This document shows positions 1 to 8,197 of a DNA stretch of 57,295 nucleotides, one piece after another. Origin of the DNA: a virus (lineage: Duplodnaviria; Caudoviricetes); IMG/VR virus record IMGVR_UViG_3300037851_000332, positions 1-57,295 of that record. The stretch is one strand, 5' to 3'. Every line of letters begins with the position of its first letter. Positions within the stretch are counted from its first letter, which is position 1. Made by a program: the position numbers and the translations under genes. The notes beneath the pieces are model-generated. The model was given only the letters and a program-made list of their open reading frames with translations, searched no databases and was not told the DNA's origin.

Positions 1-210
1 CGTTAACAAACCGGCTCAGACCGGAAGGACGGCCCCCATGCCCCTCCACATCACACTCGCGGCACGCGGTCCAGCGTCCAAGGCGTATACACTGAACTCG
101 CTCTTGCCCCTGGCCCACAACGTCATCCGGCGCGGATACGACGCGTCGGAACCGCTGACGGTCGGCGTCGACGATGGTACGGGTACCTGCCCGGTCGGCT
201 TGATCAGGTC
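1..210. repeat. Terminal direct repeat, left copy (circular-assembly overlap or DTR)
   Basis: Identical to 57086-57295 except at positions 128 (C vs A) and 139 (C vs T). Confidence 0.97.
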
Positions 211-940
211 TCTCATCGGCGCGCATCTGACCGACAAGGGCGAGCCGAAGTCCCTGCCCCTGCCGGAAGTGGCAGACGGGGACGTGCTCCGGAAGCACGG
301 TGACGAGGTGCCCACGCGCGTCCCGGCCCTCGTGGCCCTCGAGCGTCTGGAGCACATGCCGGACGAGTGGTACGGCCTGACCGGTCGAGTGGTCGACGGT
401 GCACGTAGGACATGCTCCGTTGTGCTCGCCTACGCGCTGACCGGCCGGTGGATCCAGCCGGCCATTTGCGAGACCACTGAGACAGGTCTTGCGGTGTCAG
501 TCGCTAAGAACATCGCTAAAACCTTATGTGTCAGACAGGATTGGGAGGGCGCGGCCCGTGCGCTTGTGCTGGACGCAGCCACGCCCTCGCCGCTGACGAT
601 GTCCTACGTCATGAAGACTCTTGGTCTCAACCATGGTGCAGCAACGGCGATCAAGGACGCGGTGATCTTGCTGCGCCGCTTCCCGGCCGTGCAGATCGGT
701 GGAATGAAAGTGTCGAAAGAGTGGCGCGCTGGCCTCGTCCAAGCAAAAAATGCCGACGCCGACAAGGCCCAGCGCATCATTGACGCCATCACTACGTCGA
801 GCAAGGATGTCACGCTTGCAAAGGTGACTGATTACCTGGCTGAGCAACCTGGCGCATTCGCGAAGCGCCTCTGCGATGCCATCAGAGCCGATGATTGGGA
901 GGAAGTGAAGTCCACCCTGTCGTCAGTCTGCAAGGTCTAG
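38..940 (+). CDS. Divergent ParB/Srx-like N-terminal domain protein
   Basis: LAHNVIRRGYDASEPLTV resembles the ParB LAxSIxxxG..P(I/L)xV motif and VVDGARR resembles the GxRR CTP-binding motif, separated by an insertion. Both terminal-repeat variants are synonymous in this frame. Confidence 0.55.
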   Translation: MPLHITLAARGPASKAYTLNSLLPLAHNVIRRGYDASEPLTVGVDDGTGTCPVGLIRSLIGAHLTDKGEPKSLPLPEVADGDVLRKHGDEVPTRVPALVALERLEHMPDEWYGLTGRVVDGARRTCSVVLAYALTGRWIQPAICETTETGLAVSVAKNIAKTLCVRQDWEGAARALVLDAATPSPLTMSYVMKTLGLNHGAATAIKDAVILLRRFPAVQIGGMKVSKEWRAGLVQAKNADADKAQRIIDAITTSSKDVTLAKVTDYLAEQPGAFAKRLCDAIRADDWEEVKSTLSSVCKV

Positions 941-949
941 TCGAGCACA

Positions 950-1020
950 GGCAAGGGCACAATGGTGCCCTTGCCCATTGGTGGGTGGTTTGGACCACCC
1001 ACCAATGGGCAATAACGCCC
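950..1020 (+). promoter_or_regulatory. Overlapping hairpin cassette, copy 1
   Basis: GGCAAGGGCAC-aatg-GTGCCCTTGCC followed by a 19-bp perfect stem (971-989/994-1012), tail AATAACGCCC and RBS GAGGAG. Confidence 0.7.
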
Positions 1021-1031
1021 GAGGAGTCACT

Positions 1032-1274
1032 ATGGACCTGAAAGTAGCAACGCCAGGCATGAACCTGGCCTCAGTCAGCTCCCTCCGCCTGGGGAATGAC
1101 CCGGCTGAGGCGGGCATCCTCGCCGTGCAGCATGCGAGCGTGCTGCGGAGGGACCTGCTGGACGCCCTGGCGGCGGGTCAGCCCGTGCACCAGCTGGTGA
1201 AGCGTCTCACCAAGACCAACGCGCTCGCTGCAAAATGTATGCGCCTGTCTGGAGCGAATATCGCCTGGCACTAG
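1032..1274 (+). CDS. Hypothetical protein (80 aa)
   Basis: ATG at 1032 preceded by GAGGAG; flanked by two homologous hairpin cassettes. Confidence 0.7.
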   Translation: MDLKVATPGMNLASVSSLRLGNDPAEAGILAVQHASVLRRDLLDALAAGQPVHQLVKRLTKTNALAAKCMRLSGANIAWH

Positions 1275-1338
1275 CAGGGCGCAAGCGCCCTGCCCATTGG
1301 TACGCGTACCAGACGTGTACCAATGGGCAATAACGCCC
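1274..1338 (+). promoter_or_regulatory. Overlapping hairpin cassette, copy 2
   Basis: GCAGGGCGC-aa-GCGCCCTGC, then stem TGCCCATTGGTACGCGT/ACGTGTACCAATGGGCA and the same AATAACGCCC tail. Confidence 0.7.
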
Positions 1339-1462
1339 GCAGACCCATAGGGTCAGGAGTCATCCATTAGTTATCTCGAAGAGGCCGGTGACAAATTGTC
1401 CGACATGCTTCCTAGGGTGTTTTTTTTGCCAAACAGCCATAAATCGCAGGTAGACGCTCCGC

Positions 1463-1555
1463 ACCCTCGCCGGGCAGCCCGGCGAGGGTATTTGCGTCTA
1501 TAGGCATGCCTCTGCCATACAAAATCACCTCGCCGGGTGCCCGGCGAGGTGATTT
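1463..1555. repeat. Two related palindromes CCTCGCCGGG-N2/3-CCCGGCGAGG
   Basis: 1463-1489 and 1522-1555 share a 10-bp arm core. Confidence 0.85.
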
Positions 1556-1651
1556 AGGTTTGATAAACGAGGCAAATCGCGATTTTGGGCATCCAATGGC
1601 AGTTGCGTGGAGCCAACACGCCAGAGCCAAGAGTAGATATCCGGTATCATA

Positions 1652-1750
1652 GCCTTCCGCAGCAAATGCCTTCCGCAGCAAATGCCTTCCGCAGCAAATG
1701 CCTTCCGCAGCAAATGCCTTCCGCAGCAAATGCCTTCCGCAGCAAATGCC
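1652..1750. repeat. Tandem repeat, 16 bp x 6 (GCCTTCCGCAGCAAAT)
   Basis: Six perfect copies plus GCC, read directly. Confidence 0.97.
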
Positions 1751-2039
1751 ATCACCACTAGGCACAACATACCATATCATATCTCAAGACTGACACTTAT
1801 TGTCACCATATCTACCTATACCTATACGTGCCACATGACCGAATCTTTAATTTCATGGAATCGCCCCGTACAGCCCACTTCGCGCCGGACATGCAATGCC
1901 ACTCTGAGCCCGTAATCCAGGCCACACGCAAGGGAAAATGCCCTTTAGACGCTACTTGCAACCGTCGGCCGAGCCCTGGCACCTACTGGACGATTTGGGT
2001 CAATTCGCAAGCCACAAATACCGCGCAAGTTAAATGCTC

Positions 2040-2700
2040 TACTGGACTTAGACCGTCTGGAGCATCTTGGAGCATTTAAAAGTCATATGTCCCTGCTCCC
2101 ACAGGACTTGGACGGTCTAGAGCATTTCTACTCCCAAGTCTACACCAGATAAATAAAAACAATTTTTTTTCCTATATCGCACACATAAAAATCATCAATC
2201 AATCAAATCAATAATAAAAGAGAGGCACCCCCTTGCAATTACAGGACTTATGACTTCTGGACGGATTCCCCGCCCCAAATCCTAATCATCAATCCATCCA
2301 ACCCGAGTCCTGGCAAGGACTTACGCCGAATGGTCATGTCGCTGGCCCCGAGTATTAGGGCAAGCGTCAATGTACATTTACAATCCGCCCTCACTGGCTG
2401 AGAATGCCCAGCAACCCGCAAAACAAGCTCGCCCAGCCTACATAATAGGCTGGGCGAGCTAGGGTACGGTCCAAAATAAGTTCGCTGTAGCGAGCTCTTG
2501 GCTATAGTAGTCACAACTCTAGTTCCAACAATGCTTTACGTCAGTCATGAACTACTAAGGCACTTCTCATGACTACCAACGAAGCACCTAAAACGCGGCA
2601 TAACTCTGGTCAAGCCAAGGCTTTACACCAACTAATCAAGCATAGTCGCACCCGACTAATAAGTGCCCAGGCACTACTTTTGCTAGACTAAATCATGCCT
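2040..2700. other. AT-rich non-coding region, candidate origin-like element
   Basis: A/T tracts at 2150-2220, repeated (A)GGACTT motifs, 43-bp composite motif shared with 21491-21533. Confidence 0.4.
2426..2460 (-). terminator. Probable intrinsic terminator of the leftward operon
   Basis: 15-bp perfect inverted repeat AGCTCGCCCAGCCTA/TAGGCTGGGCGAGCT followed by TGTTTTG on the minus strand. Confidence 0.55.
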
Positions 2701-2703
2701 AAT

Positions 2704-3387
2704 CTACATTACCCTCCCGTATGCAGAATCACTGGGCAGCTCCCATTCCCAGAGTCTGGTATACCGCTCAATAAGCGCCCCTAAATCCGATGTCATCTTT
2801 CTTTTATACAGCACACTTTCTATCGGAGCCCCGTCACAACATAGCATCAGGTCCACCATCAAAAGTTGGGCACTCTCCAGCGCACCGTAGGTCTCAAGCT
2901 GCAAATCGTACCCACCCAACCCGGTGCCAGGCACTGACGAAACCTTCCCCGATGAGCGGTACACGTACCCATCTTTTGGGTAGGGACGTTTCTTGGCCAT
3001 GAATCCAGACAGCTTAGCATCCACCACCACACGGCCCTCAGGCGTCTCAGCCATCAAATCATACTTGCCCACTACGGGTACACCGCCCAGCATCCGCGGC
3101 TCAGGGTTATCCACAACCGATACACCTGTCCACTTCACGACTGACGCTGGCAACACCGAATGCGTCCGCCAAAATTCAAACACACCCTGATATCGCGCAT
3201 CACAAGGTGTCGTATCCCCACTCATGGCGTTCTTCCACACCAAATCCCAATCCCGACCGGCCAACATGGCCGGTGTTGGTGCCATCCGCTCCTTGAGTAT
3301 ATACTGGCGGTACCAATCGCCCGGATCCTCTTCCCAACGCGACAGCGACGAGGGCGACAAGTATGCTAGAACATCGCGCACTTTCAC
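2704..3387 (-). CDS. PD-(D/E)XK nuclease (RecB/Cas4-like exonuclease)
   Basis: YLSPSSL start, GKYD, VVDAK, QLETY motifs. Confidence 0.8.
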   Translation of the reverse strand: MKVRDVLAYLSPSSLSRWEEDPGDWYRQYILKERMAPTPAMLAGRDWDLVWKNAMSGDTTPCDARYQGVFEFWRTHSVLPASVVKWTGVSVVDNPEPRMLGGVPVVGKYDLMAETPEGRVVVDAKLSGFMAKKRPYPKDGYVYRSSGKVSSVPGTGLGGYDLQLETYGALESAQLLMVDLMLCCDGAPIESVLYKRKMTSDLGALIERYTRLWEWELPSDSAYGRVM

Positions 3388-4133
3388 GGCATAGCTCCTA
3401 ACAGTCGCGGCTCAACCCGCGCCCCGCCTACCTGACGGAAGCCCACCACAACATTTTGACCTATCCAATCAGTGCGTCGGCGGTCGTCATCGCTCAGCCC
3501 TGTCCCAACGGTGATCGTCCCGCCAGATGCGAACCGCACACTGAGACTGCCAATCATCCCCGTCAGCCGCCCCTCCCCATCGTTCGTCCCCACCACAACC
3601 CCTTCCTCTGAATCCGTAGCCTTGATCTTTAGTACCCATCGCCCACGTCCAGCCCGATAAATCCCATCATCGCGGAGGATCACGCCCTCCCCGCCACGCG
3701 CCACAACGCCCCTGTAGAGCGATTCAACCACGGGTCGGTCACCGGGCATCACGACCCGCTCCTGAGCCACCAGGCCAGGGTGTCCCGCCAGCACCTTCAA
3801 CCTCTCACTGAATCCGCCACGGTGCAGAGGGGCATCGAACACCCTATATTGTATGGCACCCCACCTGTGGTCTGGCCGAGCGCGCCGCGTGATACTCAAT
3901 ATCTGGTGTAGCGTCAGGCCAGGTGCCCACAGTTCACCGTCCAGCCCCAGGTCCGAACAGACACACCAACGGGTCAGCCAATCAGCTGGCGCGTGAATGC
4001 GATTGCCCAGCCGACTATAGAGCGCCAAACCATCCCACAGGGCACGCATGCCATCCAACTTCTCTGATGCCCACCACACCCCTGAACTGGGCCACCGCCC
4101 GTCCATGTCCATACCTAAGGTCGGCACAATCAT
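3384..4133 (-). CDS. ATP-dependent DNA ligase
   Basis: EKLDGMRA (motif I), LDGEL, VFD, EGVILR, LKIK and a C-terminal OB fold; ATGA-coupled start at 4133. Confidence 0.92.
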   Translation of the reverse strand: MIVPTLGMDMDGRWPSSGVWWASEKLDGMRALWDGLALYSRLGNRIHAPADWLTRWCVCSDLGLDGELWAPGLTLHQILSITRRARPDHRWGAIQYRVFDAPLHRGGFSERLKVLAGHPGLVAQERVVMPGDRPVVESLYRGVVARGGEGVILRDDGIYRAGRGRWVLKIKATDSEEGVVVGTNDGEGRLTGMIGSLSVRFASGGTITVGTGLSDDDRRRTDWIGQNVVVGFRQVGGARVEPRLLGAMP

Positions 4134-4588
4134 ATCAATCTCCTGGCCCGTCGGGCCAATGCGGCACCGCATAAGGATACAGTACCTGGTGAGACACCCA
4201 ATCGCTCAGCTACTTCCCCGTCCGTGAGCCCCTCTAACCTACCGGCTACGAGGGCCGCTTCCCGGCTGGTCAACTGCAACGCACCCAGAATCGAATCCGT
4301 ATCGTCGATCATCACCTGATCGCCGGCAGGCACGTCACACGTCACCTGACGCCCACCACGGCGCAGCCAATCCAGCCCAACGCCACGCATCGTGACGGCC
4401 ACGTACCGTGCGGATATGGGCAGCTCACGCCCCGATAGGCGCTCCATGGCGATATCGAACATCAGCCCACAGATATCTGGATCGCGAGACATAGCTTGAG
4501 CCATCCAATACACGGCGACCAGCAGATCCTCCTGAGTCCGAGCGGCTTCGACCATCCTATTAGCCTCACAGAGGCTTGGAGTGCCCAT
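4130..4588 (-). CDS. ECF sigma factor-like / sigma-4 HTH protein
   Basis: LDWLRR (region 2 end) and LTSREAALV..LEGLTDGEVAERLGVSPGTV (region 4 HTH). Confidence 0.7.
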   Translation of the reverse strand: MGTPSLCEANRMVEAARTQEDLLVAVYWMAQAMSRDPDICGLMFDIAMERLSGRELPISARYVAVTMRGVGLDWLRRGGRQVTCDVPAGDQVMIDDTDSILGALQLTSREAALVAGRLEGLTDGEVAERLGVSPGTVSLCGAALARRARRLI

Positions 4589-5123
4589 GATAATGGATCC
4601 CCCATGCCGACGACGTATCGGCCGCACGGTGTGACATATTGTATCGTTGATCGAGCACGACACCGCCCATCGAGTAGAATGCCCAGGAGGCAGCAATCTC
4701 ATCTCGCCAGGGTTCAGCCGGGACCAGAGTCATGGCCCACACAAATTGGTCCAAGAACCGACCTCCCATCCCAGGCCCGCACACGATCAGACCAGAGTTA
4801 AGCTCCTCTCGACCGCCCAAGCAATCATACTTTCGCCCACCGATATCCGCACACATGCCCACCGTCGAGCACTCGGGCACCGGACACGGCTGCTGCATGA
4901 TGATGTCACAATCCATCCCAATCATGCCCCTGGCCACAGCCTGGGCCTTGAGCCACCCTGCACGCCCCAGCCCTGAATATGGTGATGTGGGCATCATCAT
5001 GGCCTGCCCGCTCCACAAAGGATCATCGGATACCAAACACCAATCCCAGCCGGCCGTCTTCATCCCGCGGATCCAGGGCTCAACATTGAACTTGCCCCAG
5101 ACTACTCCTGCTACGGTGCCCAT
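4566..5123 (-). CDS. GT8-like (GT-A fold) glycosyltransferase
   Basis: WLK, DCD (DxD), LNSGL, DE, RYN, IHYHGHSKP motifs in GT8 order; AGGAG RBS. Confidence 0.72.
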   Translation of the reverse strand: MGTVAGVVWGKFNVEPWIRGMKTAGWDWCLVSDDPLWSGQAMMMPTSPYSGLGRAGWLKAQAVARGMIGMDCDIIMQQPCPVPECSTVGMCADIGGRKYDCLGGREELNSGLIVCGPGMGGRFLDQFVWAMTLVPAEPWRDEIAASWAFYSMGGVVLDQRYNMSHRAADTSSAWGIHYHGHSKPL

Positions 5124-5683
5124 ACGTACTTCTCCTGTGACCGGATCCAACGGATCAGAGCCTGGACTTCGCACCTCTGTTCGGCTGTGCAATACTGTGC
5201 CCACGGTACGGGTCCGGTCTTGGCTAGCCACTCCTTGATGCTGAATATCTGGCATCCGACGGCCACGACACCCGGTTCGATGAGGTTGGCCAGCCACTTC
5301 ACACACGGTACCGATATCGCCCATCCGACGAGATGCCCAGATCGGACACATGCATTACCATAGATCCGTGCACCACCACTGATCCATGCATCCCCACTGA
5401 TCCGTGCATTACCATAGATCCGTACACCACCACTGATCCATGCATCCCCACTGATCCGTGCATTGCCACTGACATGTGCATCACCAAAGATCCATGCATC
5501 GCCACTGATCTGTGCACCACCACTGACATGTGCATCACCACTGATCCGTGCATTGCCACTGATCTGTGCATTGCCACTGATCCGTGCCGACCCCTCGATA
5601 CGTACGTTCGGTTCTCCATCGGGATGCCACCATCCGTGCGGAGACTCCCAGGGTCCAGTGCAGGCTACGCGCTGCATCACCAT
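5111..5683 (-). CDS. Hexapeptide-repeat (left-handed beta-helix) protein
   Basis: About 14 repeats of (I/V)(S/Y/F)G(N/D/G)A(R/Q/H/W), encoded by 18-bp tandem repeats at about 5345-5600. Confidence 0.85.
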   Translation of the reverse strand: MVMQRVACTGPWESPHGWWHPDGEPNVRIEGSARISGNAQISGNARISGDAHVSGGAQISGDAWIFGDAHVSGNARISGDAWISGGVRIYGNARISGDAWISGGARIYGNACVRSGHLVGWAISVPCVKWLANLIEPGVVAVGCQIFSIKEWLAKTGPVPWAQYCTAEQRCEVQALIRWIRSQEKYVWAP

Positions 5684-5913
5684 GACTCACCCCGCCCTGG
5701 ACGTGTAGCCTCGATAGGCTGGAACCTACGAACCAACCAAGCCGCGTGCAACTCGCGGAAGTACTCCATACGATTCGCGGGGATCCTGGCCTTGACCCGG
5801 CCATCAGGATTCACGATATCTGCACATCCACGTGTCGCCGCGATACCCAATATCACGTCACGGCCTGCGGGCCAAGCCCGCGCTTCGGTACGGGAGAGCG
5901 TATATTCAGACAC
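5677..5913 (-). CDS. Hypothetical protein
   Basis: GGAGG RBS; overlaps neighbouring genes. Confidence 0.65.
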   Translation of the reverse strand: MSEYTLSRTEARAWPAGRDVILGIAATRGCADIVNPDGRVKARIPANRMEYFRELHAAWLVRRFQPIEATRPGRGESW

Positions 5914-6115
5914 GAGTCACCTCCATGACGCAAGTATTGCGCTCGTCGAGCTTGCACTCGGCGTGGACTCGCTCACCTCGCGCAAGCGAGGTGATGACGG
6001 CCCACGCGCGCGGGCTGAACCGCTCAGCCAGCCCATTGGCTGCCACAGGGGCGCCTAAGGGCCAGTCACCGCGAAGGGTCTTGTCCTTATCGGACACAGG
6101 GGTGATGAGATACAT
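5906..6115 (-). CDS. Hypothetical protein
   Basis: GGAGGA RBS upstream of ATG. Confidence 0.65.
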   Translation of the reverse strand: MYLITPVSDKDKTLRGDWPLGAPVAANGLAERFSPRAWAVITSLARGERVHAECKLDERNTCVMEVTRV

Positions 6116-6215
6116 ACGTCCTCCAAAGTGAGTATGGGCCTAACCATACTGACTCGGCTGGGCCAACGGAGTGCGTTGGCCGGGTCGCGTCAGTGTCGCT
6201 ATGGGACAGTGTGTA

Positions 6216-6297
6216 TACACGGGGAGGGACTCGAACCCTCATGTCCGAAGACGGGAGAACCTAAATCTCCTGCGTAAGCCAATTCCGCCACCCGTGC
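6216..6297 (-). tRNA. trnL: tRNA-Leu (anticodon UAG), CCA not encoded
   Basis: GCACGGG/CCCGTGT acceptor, D-loop with GG, GGAGA-TTTAGGT-TCTCC anticodon arm, variable hairpin with TTCG loop, GAGGG-TTCGAGT-CCCTC T arm, A73. Confidence 0.93.
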
Positions 6298-6329
6298 GTG
6301 GCCGGCCCTTACGGGCCGGCATCAGGTGG

Positions 6330-6536
6330 TCATAACCTGACTCCCCGATCCCACAGTTTGGCCGCCAGGGATTTGTAGTGTGAATCAGGACGGGCGACCG
6401 GTTGGGGCACTGGTTCAAGGTTCAAGAGTTCATTCCTCAAACGCTTGGCCTCATCCCTACACCGTACGTGGTACTTGATGTTTGGCCGGTCGCACCGGAC
6501 AGGCCGTCCACAGACCACGCAGATAACGGTCCTCAT
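6330..6536 (-). CDS. Small zinc-finger-like protein
   Basis: CVVC...HVRC; ATGA coupling with the upstream gene. Confidence 0.6.
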   Translation of the reverse strand: MRTVICVVCGRPVRCDRPNIKYHVRCRDEAKRLRNELLNLEPVPQPVARPDSHYKSLAAKLWDRGVRL

Positions 6537-6742
6537 GACACACTCTTCAACACGCCACCCTCGATCACGACATTGGCGTACCAACGATGAGGTTGTGGGT
6601 AGTGCGGGCCGGATATCGCGTATCGTCCCGTGGTATGATCCTCACGACCGAACGGCGTCAGCGTATATGCTGTCACACGTTGACCTATCAGCTCGCGCAG
6701 GGCTTTCTTGGTGGGTGGGTTGGATGCGATGTAGGTGGTCAT
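6533..6742 (-). CDS. Small conserved-looking phage hypothetical protein
   Basis: TKKALRE...GPHYPQPHRWYA; coupled start/stop. Confidence 0.7.
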   Translation of the reverse strand: MTTYIASNPPTKKALRELIGQRVTAYTLTPFGREDHTTGRYAISGPHYPQPHRWYANVVIEGGVLKSVS

Positions 6743-7050
6743 ATGGCGCTCCGAGCGATGATTGTGTAGTCGTCCGAGTACCCGGCCGGGCCGATAGCCT
6801 TGAGGCCATCAGTCTGTATCCAGTGCGTAGGCGTCGAGGCTAGCGCACCTTTCCACCACCCGCCGCCGAGTTCTTCGGTCAGTACGACCGGCCCGGCAGC
6901 GATGGTCAGCCATCTACCGGGTCCAAGCTGCACGTGCTTGAGGTCACGGTCATGGATCCAGCCCGGCTTGATTTCGGATATCAAGCGCGCAGCCAAAGGA
7001 CCCGTCACCCTGGACCCATACCGTTCCAGCCAGTAGATCAGGGAGTGCAT
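6739..7050 (-). CDS. Hypothetical protein
   Basis: ORF tiled within the operon with overlapping ends. Confidence 0.6.
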   Translation of the reverse strand: MHSLIYWLERYGSRVTGPLAARLISEIKPGWIHDRDLKHVQLGPGRWLTIAAGPVVLTEELGGGWWKGALASTPTHWIQTDGLKAIGPAGYSDDYTIIARSAI

Positions 7051-7235
7051 GCCGCCCTCACGATCTGCCGTGGCACGTGCTCCAGGCGCGTGGAGCGGTG
7101 GATGACCGTGCCGGTCTCGCCCAAGAGGTACTCGTACCCATTGTCGGCCGGGACGGCCAGGATGGTGTCCCGCGCTATGCGGGACTGATAGGCCCAGACC
7201 AGAGGTCTGGTGCCGTTGTCGGTGTGGACGACCAT
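7038..7235 (-). CDS. Hypothetical protein
   Basis: GAGGAG RBS before ATG at 7235. Confidence 0.55.
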   Translation of the reverse strand: MVVHTDNGTRPLVWAYQSRIARDTILAVPADNGYEYLLGETGTVIHRSTRLEHVPRQIVRAACTP

Positions 7236-7269
7236 GGTCGTCTCCTCGCGTTTGGCTGCGTGCCTCCGG

Positions 7270-7479
7270 CTACCTGCCGGTCGGTTTGTAGGTGTCAACC
7301 TTGATTACCGTGTTGTTCCAGATCATGGACACAGAGTTCGGTACCCGAACCAGCTTCGGGTGTGCGTCACACAAGGTACGCGCAATCGGACGGCTGGTCT
7401 TCAAGCACCTGGCTATCTCGGCCACAGTCTGGCAGCCGCTGCGTACACAGGTCAGCAGGTAGTTGTCGACCGGATGCAT
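7270..7479 (-). CDS. Putative small HTH protein
   Basis: TVAEIARCLKTSRPIA HTH-like; AAGGA RBS. Confidence 0.5.
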   Translation of the reverse strand: MHPVDNYLLTCVRSGCQTVAEIARCLKTSRPIARTLCDAHPKLVRVPNSVSMIWNNTVIKVDTYKPTGR

Positions 7480-7693
7480 AGAGCGTCCTTAGGATGTGAG
7501 CCAGGCCATCACGGGCCTTGCCCTTAGGGAGACAGGTGTGAGCCAGGGTCCAGCGACCGCTAGTGTTGGTCCACGTACCTCTGCGGCCGCAGACGCGGCA
7601 GGTTGGTCTTCGAGGTTTGAAGTCTGGATCCGTTAGGTGCCGTTCCATGTAGTCGTCAAGGTAGTCGAATGGCAAGTAGTCTTCAGCGGCCAT
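7367..7693 (-). CDS. Hypothetical zinc-ribbon protein
   Basis: CRVCG...HTC; 3' part overlaps the next ORF. Confidence 0.5.
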   Translation of the reverse strand: MAAEDYLPFDYLDDYMERHLTDPDFKPRRPTCRVCGRRGTWTNTSGRWTLAHTCLPKGKARDGLAHILRTLYASGRQLPADLCTQRLPDCGRDSQVLEDQPSDCAYLV

Positions 7694-7880
7694 GTTGCAC
7701 CACCCGTGTGGCCGCGTAGCACACTGCCCAGCACCCGATACCAGATATCCACCACGGGATTCCGCACCAGGTGAAGACTAGAGCTGCCGGAAGGCAGCTG
7801 ATACCGGATATCACGGCAACCATATAGCCTCCTGATACGTATCAGAAATGTGGATAAGTGAACGGTCGCCCACAATGGGC

Positions 7881-7917
7881 GGCCCTGGCGCGGCCCTGGC
7901 GCGGCCCTGGCGCGGCC
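7881..7917. repeat. Tandem repeat, 11 bp x 3 (GGCCCTGGCGC)
   Basis: Read directly. Confidence 0.9.
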
Positions 7918-8011
7918 GATAGCCTGCGGCTGGACGCATGGTTGCGACAGGGCGCCCAGGCTCCACCTACACTTGCCACCGGCCGGGATGGTGTGTGACA
8001 CGCCTACGGCT

Positions 8012-8132
8012 TGGCATGCTACTTGCTATAGCAAACGCCGTGCCAATTAGGTTGGCCCGGCGTTTGTTAACTGCCGTTAACTAACGAGTCTTCCGATACA
8101 TATCAGGATCAGCATTAGCACGAAAGGTGCCA
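8012..8132. promoter_or_regulatory. Cluster of sigma-54-type -24/-12 motifs
   Basis: TGGCAT-GCTAC-TTGCT (+, 8012-8027), TGGCAC-GGCGT-TTGCT (-, 8030-8045), weaker copies at 8053-8068 (+) and 8117-8132 (-). Confidence 0.65.
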
Positions 8133-8197
8133 CCACGATACCAATACCTATCTTCATAGTCAGGACAATGAATCTCATATGCCTGAGCATTTCTTGT

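Noticed and set aside
950-1338. Hairpin cassettes as integron attC sites
   Set aside because: No RYYYAAC/GTTRRRY ends or extrahelical bases, and no integron integrase
1412-1915. ORFs spanning the 16-bp tandem repeat
   Set aside because: Low-complexity translations of a non-triplet repeat; no RBS
2223-2237. Additional sigma-54-like motifs at about 2223 and 21463-21479
   Set aside because: GG-to-GC spacing is 9 and 11 nt rather than the required 10
5299-6058. Alternative-frame and antisense repeat ORFs (MHGSVV / TDPCI repeats)
   Set aside because: By-products of the 18-bp repeats of the hexapeptide gene
7633-8001. 122-aa minus-strand ORF
   Set aside because: Crosses an 11-bp tandem repeat and operator-like palindromes; more likely a regulatory leader
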